From Methanobacteriota archaeon (GTDB lineage Archaea > Halobacteriota > Bog-38 > Methanoflorentales > Methanoflorentaceae): a stretch of 64,000 bases of DNA. The notes beneath the pieces were generated by a model. That model was not told the origin of the DNA. It searched no databases and saw nothing but the letters and a program-made list of their open reading frames with translations. Positions 1 through 14,929 of the stretch are shown piece by piece (the first letter of the stretch is position 1; every line of letters starts with the position of its first letter). The stretch lies in NCBI GenBank assembly GCA_963719035.1, contig CAVRAO010000008.1, positions 128,001 to 192,000 of the forward strand. The letters are read 5' to 3'. A program made the translations under genes and the position numbers.

Positions 1-589
1 GCTCGGTAACAAAACTGGCAAGTTCGTGATCCTGGCAAACAGAGGGCATTGCAACGTCACAGGGTTCAATCAAATCCTTAATTGGTCACATGGATTTCCA
101 TACGCCGTCGACTTCTCGACCGGGGCGCCACGTTATCAGCCGGGCGAGTACTCGTGTGTTGATGCACTTCGGCGGGGCGAAGTCGACGCGTTGTTCTGCA
201 TGTGCGCCGATCTGGCGGCTCATTTACCGAAAATAGCTGTCGAGAGGATGTGCGAGATCCCCGTAGTCTCCATAGAAACTGCGGAGGGACCACAAGCATT
301 CATTAGCGACGTCGTGCTACCAGGTGTTTTAGACGCTATGGAGTGTGAGGGCACTTTCTATCGGATGGACAACGTGCCGATCTACGCTCGAAGCTTCTGC
401 GATCCGCCATTTGACTTCACGAAGTCAAATGAAGACACGTGTACACAGTTGCGTGACGCCATTATACAGAAACTGGAAGCGCGAGAAAAGGCAAAGGAAG
501 AAGAGACGCAGGCGATGCCTCAGACGACTCCACTCACTAACGAAGAGTTTGGACAACGTTTAGATAAGCTCGTTTCCAGAGCCGTTTAA
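1..589 (+). CDS. fwdB: Formylmethanofuran dehydrogenase subunit B, C-terminal part (5' truncated by window edge)
   Basis: RGHCNVTGF...GFPYAVDFS..GAPRYQPGE and ECEGTFYRMDNVPI motifs; followed by fwdD/C. Confidence 0.93.
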   Translation, partial: LGNKTGKFVILANRGHCNVTGFNQILNWSHGFPYAVDFSTGAPRYQPGEYSCVDALRRGEVDALFCMCADLAAHLPKIAVERMCEIPVVSIETAEGPQAFISDVVLPGVLDAMECEGTFYRMDNVPIYARSFCDPPFDFTKSNEDTCTQLRDAIIQKLEAREKAKEEETQAMPQTTPLTNEEFGQRLDKLVSRAV

Positions 590-1824
590 TGATGCAGGAG
601 GAGAGTGGATTGGATATAATTCTAAATACCGGCAGCACCGCATTTCAGGGCGCCGTCATCAAAGGCGGGCGCAAATTCACTGACGAATATACGCACGAAG
701 CGGCGTATTGCGATATTAACCCTGAAGACTTTGAGGAATTAGGCAAACCGTGGGTTGTAAAAGTCACCAACGAGTACGGCGACAGCGTTATCCTGAGGGC
801 AAAAAAGACCGACAGGCAACAAAAAGGAGAAATCTGGATCCCCCGTGGTCCGTGGGCGAACATCGTCGTAACCCCGGTAACGGAATCAACAGGCAGTCCT
901 CGATACAAGAACTTGGTCGTTCAAATTGAAAAAGGGAGTGGCCCCGTGCTTGGACCTCAAGAGCTCATGAAAAAGTCACTATACCAAACGGGCAAGACCA
1001 AAGTGGGAGGCGAATCGCAAATGGACCGCTTAACGCTGACACCAAAAGACGACGTCGACTACCTTGTACTTGAAACGCCAGTTATAGCACCTGATGCAGT
1101 TTGCGGCAAAACCCTTGAAGAAATTGCTCAGTTGCCAGTTCTCGAAGGAAACACCACGTGGCCGCTCGGGCGGTTTTTCACCGTCACCGGAAAAGTAGCA
1201 GACTCGGCAGAGGACCAAGGGATTATTGTAGCAGGCGACGTTCCTCGTGTCAAGTACATCGGCGCATTCATGACAGCCGGAGCTGTGCTTTGCAAAGGCG
1301 ACGTTGATATGTACTGTGGCGCCTGGATGAAGGGCGGAAGAATTCGGGTAAAAGGAGATGCTGATGCCTTTTGCGCCATCCAGATGGAGGGCGGCGATAT
1401 CCTCTTTGAAGGGAACGTATTTGACTACTGTGGCGCCTCCTACCGCGGTGACTGGCGCGGCATGAAAGGTGGTAAGATCGTTATTAACGGGAATGCAGGC
1501 CAAAGCGTCGGAGAGTACATGATGGGCGGCACGATCACCGTCAAAGGCGACGTCGGCATCAATGCTGGAATTCACATGGGCAAGGGCATTGGACGGAAAG
1601 ACCCCCCTCCAACCATCATCATTCACGGTAATTCGCCGGGACGCGTTGGCGCGATGATGAACCGTGGATACATCTACGTGTTCGGAAAAATCGGAGCCAT
1701 GATGCCTGGTTTCTCACCTAATGGGACCGAAGAGCTTGAAATCGACGGAGTAAAAGCAACTTTTCAAGTCCTAAACGGCGACCACGGTGAAAACGGAGAA
1801 GGCAAGCTGTTTGTAAAAATGTAG
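589..1824 (+). CDS. fwdC: Formylmethanofuran dehydrogenase subunit D-C fusion
   Basis: N-terminal ~135 aa FwdD-like (ILNTGST..QG, IPRGPWAN, TESTGSPRYK); C-terminal FwdC GXGXG beta-helix (YRGDWRGMKGG); no stop between them. Confidence 0.9.
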   Translation: MMQEESGLDIILNTGSTAFQGAVIKGGRKFTDEYTHEAAYCDINPEDFEELGKPWVVKVTNEYGDSVILRAKKTDRQQKGEIWIPRGPWANIVVTPVTESTGSPRYKNLVVQIEKGSGPVLGPQELMKKSLYQTGKTKVGGESQMDRLTLTPKDDVDYLVLETPVIAPDAVCGKTLEEIAQLPVLEGNTTWPLGRFFTVTGKVADSAEDQGIIVAGDVPRVKYIGAFMTAGAVLCKGDVDMYCGAWMKGGRIRVKGDADAFCAIQMEGGDILFEGNVFDYCGASYRGDWRGMKGGKIVINGNAGQSVGEYMMGGTITVKGDVGINAGIHMGKGIGRKDPPPTIIIHGNSPGRVGAMMNRGYIYVFGKIGAMMPGFSPNGTEELEIDGVKATFQVLNGDHGENGEGKLFVKM

Positions 1825-1951
1825 TCAAGGAACGCCCGCACAAACACCGCGGGCGGCCTGCATTACGCCAACTCGGGACATCAATCATACGAATGGACAT
1901 ACGAACTGCCATGCACCTCAATTCAATAATGAAGGAAGGATAGAGCTTTCA

Positions 1952-2152
1952 GTGGCGGTCTCGTATGACGACTTGTTGGACAAGCTTGGAGAATTATCAG
2001 CCGACTTCGCTGACCTCGACTACTTGGTAAGACTTCTAAAGCGCGAACAATATGAAGTTGCCGGGCTAGATACCGTGCTGCACGAATTGAGCGGTTTCAT
2101 CAAAATAATAGGAGATAAACTTATTCTGCTAAAAACCGAACTTCCTGAATAG
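1952..2152 (+). CDS. Small helical hypothetical protein
   Basis: 66-aa ORF, GTG start with purine-rich upstream sequence, plausible composition. Confidence 0.55.
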   Translation: MAVSYDDLLDKLGELSADFADLDYLVRLLKREQYEVAGLDTVLHELSGFIKIIGDKLILLKTELPE

Positions 2153-2733
2153 TAGCGGACGTCATCTGACCTCTTTTATGCTATGCACGCCGCTGCAAGA
2201 GCTGTAGGCCAAGCGTTTTTTTTGCTTAGGAAGCTGAGTAGAGTTACCGTTAACACGATTTCTCCAAGCACTACGATCGCAGGAGTTCGCCTCACGCTTG
2301 CTATCGGGCATACAGACCTACTATAAGACGGGGCATATTGTCAAGATTGACTAACCGATCCGTTTGCTCAACTGCGATTATTTCACTTTTTTGCAGCTGC
2401 TGCACAAGACATTTGGAGCGCCTTTAGTACAGTTATGGTAAACGATGAAACTGACCTGCTGCTACCGCATTGGTAAGATTGACGACATCAAAGCAGTTGA
2501 GCCGTTGAGATGGGCACACACGATAATTGTGATTGTGTTCGTATGGCGCTGCTGAGGCTCTGAAACGAATCTCGTCGCATTCTTAAGCGAGCCGCACTTA
2601 GCGATCATTTTTTTCATGTATTCTTTTTTCAAACAGCTTGGCACGGAAGCCAAACCTCATGGCGTCGATTTTTATATATATCCGACTGACTTAGTTGAAC
2701 GGCAAGCACTGTTTGACGTGCTTAAGGATTTAG

Positions 2734-2943
2734 TTGTTTAATATCGAACGAAAGGGTGATTATGTGAAGTGCGGACAGTGTGACAAAAAAATCATCAGTG
2801 AATGCAACTGCTCATGGCCGGGGACTAAACACTTGTGGATATGCGAAACGTGCGGCGTAGTGCGTGAGCTTGAGCTATCTGATAAGCCCGAAACCATAGC
2901 AGACAAAAAGCTCCATGCTCAGCTTTTCGGCGACAACGTGTAA
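2734..2943 (+). CDS. Small Zn-finger-like protein
   Basis: CGQC, CNC and CETC motifs; TATA-rich promoter at ~2670. Confidence 0.6.
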   Translation: MFNIERKGDYVKCGQCDKKIISECNCSWPGTKHLWICETCGVVRELELSDKPETIADKKLHAQLFGDNV

Positions 2944-3142
2944 GCAGTAGCTTCTAAGCTGTGATCAGGCCTTGCGACTAAGAATTCGACATTCTTCTCT
3001 GGGGTGGCGCTAGAAACGAAATAAGTGTCATTCGTACCGTTGGTATCTTAGTCACTATTTGACCGGGCAGGAAAACCTGCGATGAACCCAGCCCGGTCGA
3101 GGTTTTTTTTTGCTTTTGCTAAGGGTTTCAGACTACTCCATC

Positions 3143-4163
3143 TCAGAACCCAAAATAGCATACGGGATACTGGCATTCTTTACAGTCCGCGCAGAAACCT
3201 CCCTCACCCAGAGGTGCGATGTCCTCTTTTTTGATCTCCAAACCTGCGAAAATTCGGGGCAGGAAAACATCGATGCTGGTAGTGGGGAAGTGCATGGAGG
3301 CTCCCGGTACACCCATCAGCATGGTACATGCCCAGATAAGCCATTGTCAGCATATTGCCCGGCTGCACGGGCACGCCCTGTGTCACCAGTCTTGCACTGC
3401 TGCTTCGGATGGCAGTGGGCGTCAGATCGTCGGGATCTACGGACATGCCGCCGGTGATTAGTATCAGCTCCGCACCTTGGTTTGCGTAATTTCTGATGGC
3501 GGCGGACAGCATATCCAAATCGTCGGGGCATTTTGTGACGCCCAGAATCTCCGCTCCATACCCCTCTAGCTTCGAACGCATGACGGGCTCGAAACTGTCC
3601 TTTATACGCCCGTAATAGACCTCGCTGCCGGTGATGATCACGGCGCTTTTCAGAGGCTTGAAAGGCTTAACAGAAAATACGGGGAAGTTTTCTTCCGCGA
3701 TTCTAACGGCCTTTTCAACATTTTCGCGTTTTGTGACCAGAGGTACTATCCTGGCGCCTGACAGCTTCTCACCCGCCCGGACACGGGTGAAGCCAGGGCG
3801 GCAGGCCACGGTATAGTGCTCCACGGAATTTATCTTTATCAGCGCCTCGCTGTTTACGAAGAATAGACCGTCTCGGTCTGCGGTTATGTGCATTTTGCCC
3901 TCGGAGGGGCCAGAATAACTAAGGCCCTCACCGCATATGGCTTCGGTTATCGCTCGGGCCGCGTCGTCTTCGTGAACCTCGTCCGCCTCCGCCTCCCAGA
4001 CAAAAACGTGAGACTTGCCGATGTCCAGCAGCGCGGGGATATCCTCTTCGGCAATCACATGGCCGCGCCTGAACTTCACCCCCGTGAAGCCGCTTTCCAA
4101 GATTGTGGTCATGTCATGGCACAGTATTTGGCCCACGGCTTCTTCAACAGGTATCCTTTTCAT
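3143..4163 (-). pseudogene. MoeA-like molybdopterin-binding protein with a +1 frameshift at ~3326
   Basis: TGGMSVDPDD and PVQPGNM motifs; the alternate frame continues GVPGASMHFPTT..GEGGFCADCKECQYPVCYFGF* to the stop at 3143. Confidence 0.85.
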
Positions 4164-4428
4164 ATCTAAAATTCTCCTTATCGCTCACGTTTACTGACCC
4201 TGTCTTTTTTAGTTGCCCCTTTAGCATTGAATCAAATGTTCATCACCTGATATCAATCGATCTCAAGAGAGAGAAAGACCTCTCAATCAAGAACGCGCAT
4301 TTATTATATTGATATATTTATATAAAATTTATTAAATAATTGTAAAAAGAGCTTATTTTTTACTTAAGACGAGTCAGCGCCGTTGGAAGCCTCAACGATC
4401 GTAGGTTGGTTTTTTAAAAAGTGGCATG

Positions 4429-4461
4429 GTTTTGTTACCATTTTGTTACCATTTTGTTACA
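4429..4461. repeat. Three-copy 11-bp tandem repeat (TTTTGTTACCA)
   Basis: ttttgttacca ttttgttacca ttttgttac read directly. Confidence 0.8.
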
Positions 4462-4640
4462 CTTTTTTTCCGTTCGCCAACACCTAGCATCTTATAGACA
4501 ATGTTCTCTAGAAATCTAGCAGCTGCGCGTGCATTCCCCCCTTATTAACGATCCTGATTGATCTCGGGCACAGCCACTTATTGTCAGATTGTCCTAAAAC
4601 CTATATAGGCGCTTGATGAATATGGTGGAGGAGACTTCTT

Positions 4641-5787
4641 ATGATAACCAAGCAGGACGTCATAGATGTGGTGAGCAAATATGATAAAAAGAATATCACA
4701 ATCGGCGTGCTCGGCTCGCATTCCGCACTAGATGTCTGTGACGGTGCCCGCGATGAAGGGATTCCCAACCTCGTCGTATGCCAAAAAGGCCGTGATAGAC
4801 TTTACACGAACTATTTTAAGAATCGGACCGTGAACGGACTGCAGAAAGGTTTCGTTGATGAGACTCTTGTACTTAACAAGTTTGATGAGATCCTCGCTGA
4901 CGGAGTGCAGCAACAACTCATTAAAAAAAATACGCTATTTATCCCCAATCGGTCTTTTGTAGTCTACAACGGCGTGCGGCGGGTCGAGAATGAGTTTAAG
5001 TTGCCACTCGTCGGCACGCGCGACATGTTGAAAATCGAAGACCGGGAGACGGAAGAAGAAAATTATTACTGGGTCAGTCAACAAGCGGGCATTCCAATCC
5101 CGAAACACTATGCGAGCAAAGACGATATAGACACGCTCGTCATGGTAAAGCTCCACCACAAGTACATGACGCTCGAGCGCGGGTTCTTCACGGCCGCGTC
5201 CCCCGAGGAGTTCGACGCAAAGGTCGAGCGCCTCCTTAAGCGCGAGATTATTACAACCGAAGCCCTCAAAGACGCCCGCATTGAACAGTATATCATAGGG
5301 CCGGTGTTCAACTTTAACTTCTTTTATTCCCCCATCGACGACGAGATTGAGCTTTTGGGGATTGACTTCAGATTCGAAAGCAACCTCGACGGATTGGTGC
5401 GCATTCCCGCTGAGCAGCAGTTAGAGCTGCCCGCACAGGTACCGTGACCCACTTATGACGATCGTTGGCCACGCTAACGCGTCGCTCAGAGAGTCCTTGC
5501 TCGAAAGAGTGTACCGTATGGCTGAGCAATTTGTAGCGTTCTCGAAGCGACACTACAGTGCCCCTATCATCGGGCCATTCTGCTTGCAGACCATCGTTGA
5601 TCAAAACATGGACTTTTACGTGTATGACATCGCGACGCGGATCGGCGGAGGCACAAACGTCCATACGAACGTCGGTGCTTCGTATGGAAATTCCCTGTTT
5701 GGAACAAGGATGAGTTCAGGACGGCGTCTCGCGCTTGAGGTCAAGCGCGCAATCGCTCTTAACGAAGTAGAGAAGATCATAACATAG
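4641..5787 (+). pseudogene. purP: PurP-family FAICAR synthetase (ATP-grasp), split by a 1-nt insertion at ~5439 (possible assembly error)
   Basis: GSHSALD, IPNRSF, ERGFF, GPFCLQT and RIGGGTN motifs; removing one G in CAGGTAC gives continuous ..PAQYRDPLMTIVGH.. Confidence 0.88.
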
Positions 5788-5788
5788 C

Positions 5789-7204
5789 ATGAAACGCACT
5801 AAATCAAAACAAAAGGCGGACTGGGACGTTATAATCATAGGAGCGGGGCCTGCTGGCATGTGCGCAGCAAACGAGCTCGCAAACCATGACATTGACGTGT
5901 TGATCGTCGATCGCGGGCACGACATAAAAGAGCGCCGATGCCCTATGGAAGATACAGGAAAATGCGCGGAGTGTAAACAGTGCGACATCATGTGCGGCGT
6001 TGGCGGCGCCGGTACGTTCTCTGACGGCACCCTTAATCTCCGGCCTGATATCGGGGGTGACCTTGCAGCAATCACGGACGATGACGCGTTTGCGTGGGAA
6101 CTGGTGAATTATGTTGACAGCCTGTTCCTCAAGTACGGCGCCCCCGAGAAACTCTTTAACGCCGAGGGCGTTCAAGTTGAAAGACTCAAGCGGAGTGCGG
6201 CTTCAGTAGGCGTGCATTTTATAGAGATCTCCCAACGCCACATGGGCTCTGATAACGCGCCCCGCATTATCGAGAACTTTGAAAATGATCTAAGGTCTCG
6301 CGGGATAACCTTTCGCCTAAATGCTCAGGTGCACGACCTGCTTATCGACGATAACACATGTAAGGGAGTACTGCTCGAACACGGCGAGAAGCTTTTCTCG
6401 CGATTTACGCTCCTTTGTCCGGGAAGGATTGGCGGGGAATGGGTAAATACCCTCGTTAAGCGCCACGGTATCGGTGCCAAGCACGGGGCGATAGATATCG
6501 GCGTTCGCGTCGAGGTCCCGGCGATAATAATGGACCCGATAACGAACATAAACCACGATCCGAAATTTCACATTCGCACAAAGCGGTACGACGATTTCAT
6601 AAGAACCTTTTGCACAAACGAGCACGGGTTTGTCGTCAAAGAGCGATACGAAGGGTTCATCGGCACAAATGGGCATTCCCTCAAGAGTCGACGTTCCGAG
6701 AACACGAATTTTGCTTTCTTGGTACGCACCGAACTTACCGAACCACTCGAGGATACGACAAGATACGGCAAATCGGTCTCGAAACTAGCGACGACTATAG
6801 GGGGCGGCAACCCGATTCTACAAAGAATGGGGGATTTACGTCGAGGACAGCGTTCGACGTGGAGCCGCATTCGGAGAAACCCGGTAAAAAACACCCTTGA
6901 GGATGTCACCCCAGGTGATATTTCCATGGCAATGCCGCACAGGATCGTCATGAACATTATCGAAGGACTCGAAAAGCTAAACGAAGTCATACCAGGCGTT
7001 GCTTCAGACTCAACCCTGCTCTACGCTCCCGAAGTGAAGTTTTACGCGATGGAGCTGACGGTGTCGAAAGAATTGGCGACGAGCATTAAGGGGCTCTACG
7101 CAGCAGGAGACGGGACGGGACTTTCTCGTGACATAATCAACGCATCGGCGACTGGAGTTATCGCCGGCAGAGGGATTCTCAAAGAGCTAGCGAGTCAGTC
7201 CTAG
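5789..7204 (+). CDS. FAD-dependent oxidoreductase (COG2509-type)
   Basis: GAGPAG Rossmann motif, Cys cluster, GVGGAGTFSDG, RTFCTN, LLYAPEVKFY, GDGTG. Confidence 0.88.
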   Translation: MKRTKSKQKADWDVIIIGAGPAGMCAANELANHDIDVLIVDRGHDIKERRCPMEDTGKCAECKQCDIMCGVGGAGTFSDGTLNLRPDIGGDLAAITDDDAFAWELVNYVDSLFLKYGAPEKLFNAEGVQVERLKRSAASVGVHFIEISQRHMGSDNAPRIIENFENDLRSRGITFRLNAQVHDLLIDDNTCKGVLLEHGEKLFSRFTLLCPGRIGGEWVNTLVKRHGIGAKHGAIDIGVRVEVPAIIMDPITNINHDPKFHIRTKRYDDFIRTFCTNEHGFVVKERYEGFIGTNGHSLKSRRSENTNFAFLVRTELTEPLEDTTRYGKSVSKLATTIGGGNPILQRMGDLRRGQRSTWSRIRRNPVKNTLEDVTPGDISMAMPHRIVMNIIEGLEKLNEVIPGVASDSTLLYAPEVKFYAMELTVSKELATSIKGLYAAGDGTGLSRDIINASATGVIAGRGILKELASQS

Positions 7205-7324
7205 ACAGCGAAGCGTCGCTATTGCCGTTGCTTTTTTTGTCGACTACCCATCGACCGCTGCAAACGCGTGCTCTTTTATATTGGTGAACGCAATACTGTC
7301 CCATCTACTCCGGGGGGGGAGCGC

Positions 7325-8368
7325 GTGAACCGAGCACAAGAACTTATAGAAAACTATGATCTGAATGACCTAACGCTCGCAACTTTGTGCTCCCACACGA
7401 GCCTGCAGATTTTCCACGGCGCCCGCGCAGAGGGCTTTAAAACGCTCGGCCTCGCCGTCGGCCACATACCGAAATATTATGACGCATACCCCAAGGCCAA
7501 ACCCGACGACTTTTTAGTTGTTAGCAGCCATCTGGATGTGCTTAAGCACGCTAACGACTTGCGTGAACGGAACGTGATTCTAATCCCTCACGGATCCCTC
7601 GTTGAGTACCTCGGCGCTGACAATTTTTTAGATCTGAACGTGCCCACCTTTGGGAATCGTCGCGTGCTTCAATGGGAGTCAGACCGCGCTAAAAGCCGAC
7701 AATGGCTAGAGGGGGCAGGGGTTATCATGCCCAAAGAGATACACGATCCGCGAGAAATTCAATCCCCAGTCATCGTAAAGTATCATGGAGCTAAAGGCGG
7801 CCGAGGCTTCTTCATCGCAAAAGACTATGCTGACTTCATCAGAGGCATAGATCCGTCTGCACAATATACTATACAAGAGTTTGTTCTTGGCACGCGATTT
7901 TACTTTCACTACTTCTACTCGCCTATTGCAAAAACTGGCTACCGATTGCGCAAAGGATCCCTTGAGATGCTCGGCATTGACCGACGATTGGAGGCAAACG
8001 TCGATGAGATCTATCGAGCAGGAAGTGTTGCTGTCGAACCTACTTTTGTCGTTACAGGGAACATTCCTGTCGTGCTACGAGAGAAGCTCCTCGAAGAGGT
8101 ATTTGATATGGGGCGCCGCGTCGTCGAAAAATCGATTGATTTGTTTGACGGCATGATCGGGCCATTCTGTCTAGAAACGATCGTTACCGATGCGCTTGAA
8201 TTCAAAGTCTTTGAGGTGTCAGCCAGGCTTGTAGCCGGCACTAACCTCTATCCGACAGGGTCTCCTTACGCAGATTATGTATATGACACCATGTCGTGCG
8301 GCAGACGTATCGCGCTTGAAATACGAAATGCTTTGCAAGCAAATCAGCTCACAGACGTCCTGAGTTGA
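7325..8368 (+). CDS. purP: PurP-family ATP-grasp protein, second paralogue
   Basis: CSHTSLQIFHGARAEGF, GAKGGRGFF, GPFCLE, FEVSARLVAGTN; GTG at 7325 is the likely start. Confidence 0.9.
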   Translation: MNRAQELIENYDLNDLTLATLCSHTSLQIFHGARAEGFKTLGLAVGHIPKYYDAYPKAKPDDFLVVSSHLDVLKHANDLRERNVILIPHGSLVEYLGADNFLDLNVPTFGNRRVLQWESDRAKSRQWLEGAGVIMPKEIHDPREIQSPVIVKYHGAKGGRGFFIAKDYADFIRGIDPSAQYTIQEFVLGTRFYFHYFYSPIAKTGYRLRKGSLEMLGIDRRLEANVDEIYRAGSVAVEPTFVVTGNIPVVLREKLLEEVFDMGRRVVEKSIDLFDGMIGPFCLETIVTDALEFKVFEVSARLVAGTNLYPTGSPYADYVYDTMSCGRRIALEIRNALQANQLTDVLS

Positions 8369-8478
8369 ATAATGCGCGAGGCTCTCGAGCCGCAAAGGTT
8401 GTGTTGGCTTGTTATTCCCTTAAGGGACCTATCCAAAGTGGTCTAATCGCAGTAACGTCAAACGCAAAAAATAAATGA

Positions 8479-8606
8479 GAGACGTAGCAGCGCTCCATGG
8501 TTCCCGAAGGCTCTCGCACTTCAGTACAACATGGAACGTTGACGGGCTTATCTTCCGTGTTCGGGATGGGTACGGGAGTTTCCCCGCCGCTATGGCCGCT
8601 ACGTCA
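8479..8606 (-). rRNA. rrf: 5S rRNA
   Basis: GACGTAGCGGCCATAGCGGCGGGG...CCCGTACCCATCCCGAACACGGAAGATAAGCCC; terminal helix GACGTAGC/GCTACGTC. Confidence 0.95.
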
Positions 8607-8678
8607 AGCCAAGGTCCGGATTTGAACCGGAGTGTAGTCGCTCTGCAGGCGACCGCGTAACCGCTCCGCCACCTTGGC
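8607..8678 (-). tRNA. tRNA-Cys(GCA)
   Basis: GCCAAGG acceptor stem, GTCGC-CT-GCA-GA-GCGAC anticodon arm, GTTCAAATC T-loop. Confidence 0.96.
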
Positions 8679-8785
8679 GATCGCGGGCAAACCACTGGCG
8701 CTCGTATAAAGTGCATGTTCCATAATTATACTCTCCTGAAGACAACGCTCCAAGAGGCCTGGTATACGCCTAGCTAATGTAAAGA

Positions 8786-11690
<2,905 letters not shown>

Positions 11691-11832
11691 ACTTTACATT
11701 AACTAGTTAGCGTCCAGAATTATGGAACTTATGCACGGTACACTTTGTAAAAGTGGACCCTTCCACAGCGGCGCCAGCCACTGTGTGCATTAAACTGGAA
11801 TATCTTCTTTCGCGCCCACGCGGGTCGTTAGA

Positions 11833-11905
11833 TGGACTCGCTGGGATTTGAACCCAGGGCCTCTGCCTTGCAAAGGCAGCGCTCTTCCAGCTGAGCTACG
11901 AGCCC
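11833..11905 (-). tRNA. tRNA-Ala(TGC), rRNA spacer
   Basis: GGGCTCGTAGCTCAG...CTGCC-TT-TGC-AA-GGCAG...GAGTCCA. Confidence 0.97.
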
Positions 11906-11949
11906 TAGGTGTGGAAGGTCCCTTGATTCGGCTTCCGCCTGTATTGCTT

Positions 11950-13420
<1,471 letters not shown>

Positions 13421-13699
13421 TATATATGCACACTACAAGGAATTGTGCGGATTCGCATTTGATTGCATGTCCGCTTCGACCGATTCCGTATATTTACGGC
13501 TTCAGCCGAATCAATTAAGACCTACGTCAGTTGCAAGGTTTCTGACAGATTGCGCCAGCTGACTTACAACTCCACTGTATATATTTCGCGACCGGAGATC
13601 GATCCCTCACGGTTGGAAGTATATTCCACATAAGGACCGTATGTTGGTCGCGATGGACCTCATCTCGAAAGATGAAGCCTTTGTTCTATAGAATTCGTA

Positions 13700-13716
13700 G
13701 GTATATAAGGTTTACC
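13700..13716 (-). promoter_or_regulatory. Probable rRNA operon BRE/TATA promoter
   Basis: GGTAAACCTTATATAC on the minus strand, ~280 nt upstream of 16S. Confidence 0.5.
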
Positions 13717-13902
13717 GGCGCTCAGAAACGCCATCTCGAAAAAAGTCCGTTACAGCCCCTTCGCGATAAATACTGATCTTTGCGCGCTTGCCTGATAGCG
13801 GTTCTTGTATTTACCCACGTGGCTGCACAGCGGCAGCGCTGCAAAGCCAACATGTGCTGATAATCTACGTCAAACACGGTCGAAAACCGTTTCAGGTATA
13901 GG

Positions 13903-14220
13903 CTACTTTTTCCACACGTGGCTTAGTGTGAATCTGCCGCGTGTCGCTCGATCTAGTTGCTCGGTGAATTCAAGGGCAGACTTATTGAACTCAGCTTGCA
14001 CGAGCGTTTCAGAAAACGAGGGATCGGCTTGGTGCACCATATGTGCGATAATGAACGGAAGGAGGCTCGGGGCGAGATACTTATGCTCGTACCGCAGCGC
14101 AGCTTCGTCTATTGCCCGTTGCAAAAGCTCACGAAGGCGCTCTAGTTCAGCGGCCCCGCAAAAATCAGGCTTTTCGCCATACACTTGATTTGATGTGATT
14201 TCTTGCAATATGCGCACCAT
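13903..14220 (-). CDS. Hypothetical protein (105 aa)
   Basis: ATG start, TTTAAG box upstream, helical composition. Confidence 0.55.
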   Translation of the reverse strand: MVRILQEITSNQVYGEKPDFCGAAELERLRELLQRAIDEAALRYEHKYLAPSLLPFIIAHMVHQADPSFSETLVQAEFNKSALEFTEQLDRATRGRFTLSHVWKK

Positions 14221-14455
14221 AAAAGCGTGGGTTCTCGAAACGGCTTAAATATTTCGATTTGATCGTGCCGTGTCACGAGCCAATGGGTTCTTAGCCACTT
14301 GCCGCTTGTCGCGTGATACACTGCGACGTAGTCACCGATTCATAATATTAAGCGCTTGGCTGAGCTTAACTGGCAAAAAATAGCACATTTAAAGTAGGAG
14401 CGCTTTATAAACACTAGTTTAGCCCGAAGGTTTTAGGTACGACGTCTAAGGAGGA

Positions 14456-14887
14456 CTGGTTCTAACGGCTGAAAAAGCGTGGGGATTAGCCGCGTACGCG
14501 TTGTTGCGGAACAGCGAGGACAAATACCTGCTTTTACGCAGATCTTCAGATTCCAAAACAAATCCAGGGAGATGGGAACCTCCAGGTGGCAAGATTGAGC
14601 CTGGAGAGCTGCTTGACGAGGCTCTTCGAAGAGAAGTATTTGAAGAGACGAACTTGCAGATCGTCGTTCGCCGATTGCTGGGCGCTGTCGAGTTCGAGCT
14701 TCCTACCATTAAAGTCGCGTGCCTCATTATGGAGGGGCGTATTATATTAGGGGATATCCATCTTAGCGTTGAGCACGACGCATATCGGTGGCTCAGGTTA
14801 GAAGAGGTGCGACACGTCGACCTTGCGACGCATTTTAGGCGCTATTTCTTCAGCGATCAATCGCAGCGAAATGTTATGGTTGAGTGA
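14456..14887 (+). CDS. Nudix hydrolase (start possibly CTG at 14456; first TTG at 14501)
   Basis: Nudix box [24 protein letters not shown]; NPGRWEPPG; [10 protein letters not shown]. Confidence 0.92.
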   Translation: MVLTAEKAWGLAAYALLRNSEDKYLLLRRSSDSKTNPGRWEPPGGKIEPGELLDEALRREVFEETNLQIVVRRLLGAVEFELPTIKVACLIMEGRIILGDIHLSVEHDAYRWLRLEEVRHVDLATHFRRYFFSDQSQRNVMVE

Positions 14888-14929
14888 GACTATACCCGTA
14901 AGTGCTTCATCAATCAGAGATGTGCGTAG

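Noticed and set aside
2160-2660. Possible gene remnants (TPAIVVLGEIV; MKKMIAKCG) on the minus strand
   Set aside because: Too short to assign without a search
4429-4461. CRISPR-like repeat
   Set aside because: Contiguous 11-bp tandem copies without spacers; no array or cas genes seen anywhere in the window
5445-5447. TGA in purP as selenocysteine or readthrough
   Set aside because: The downstream half is in a different frame, so this is an indel rather than an in-frame stop
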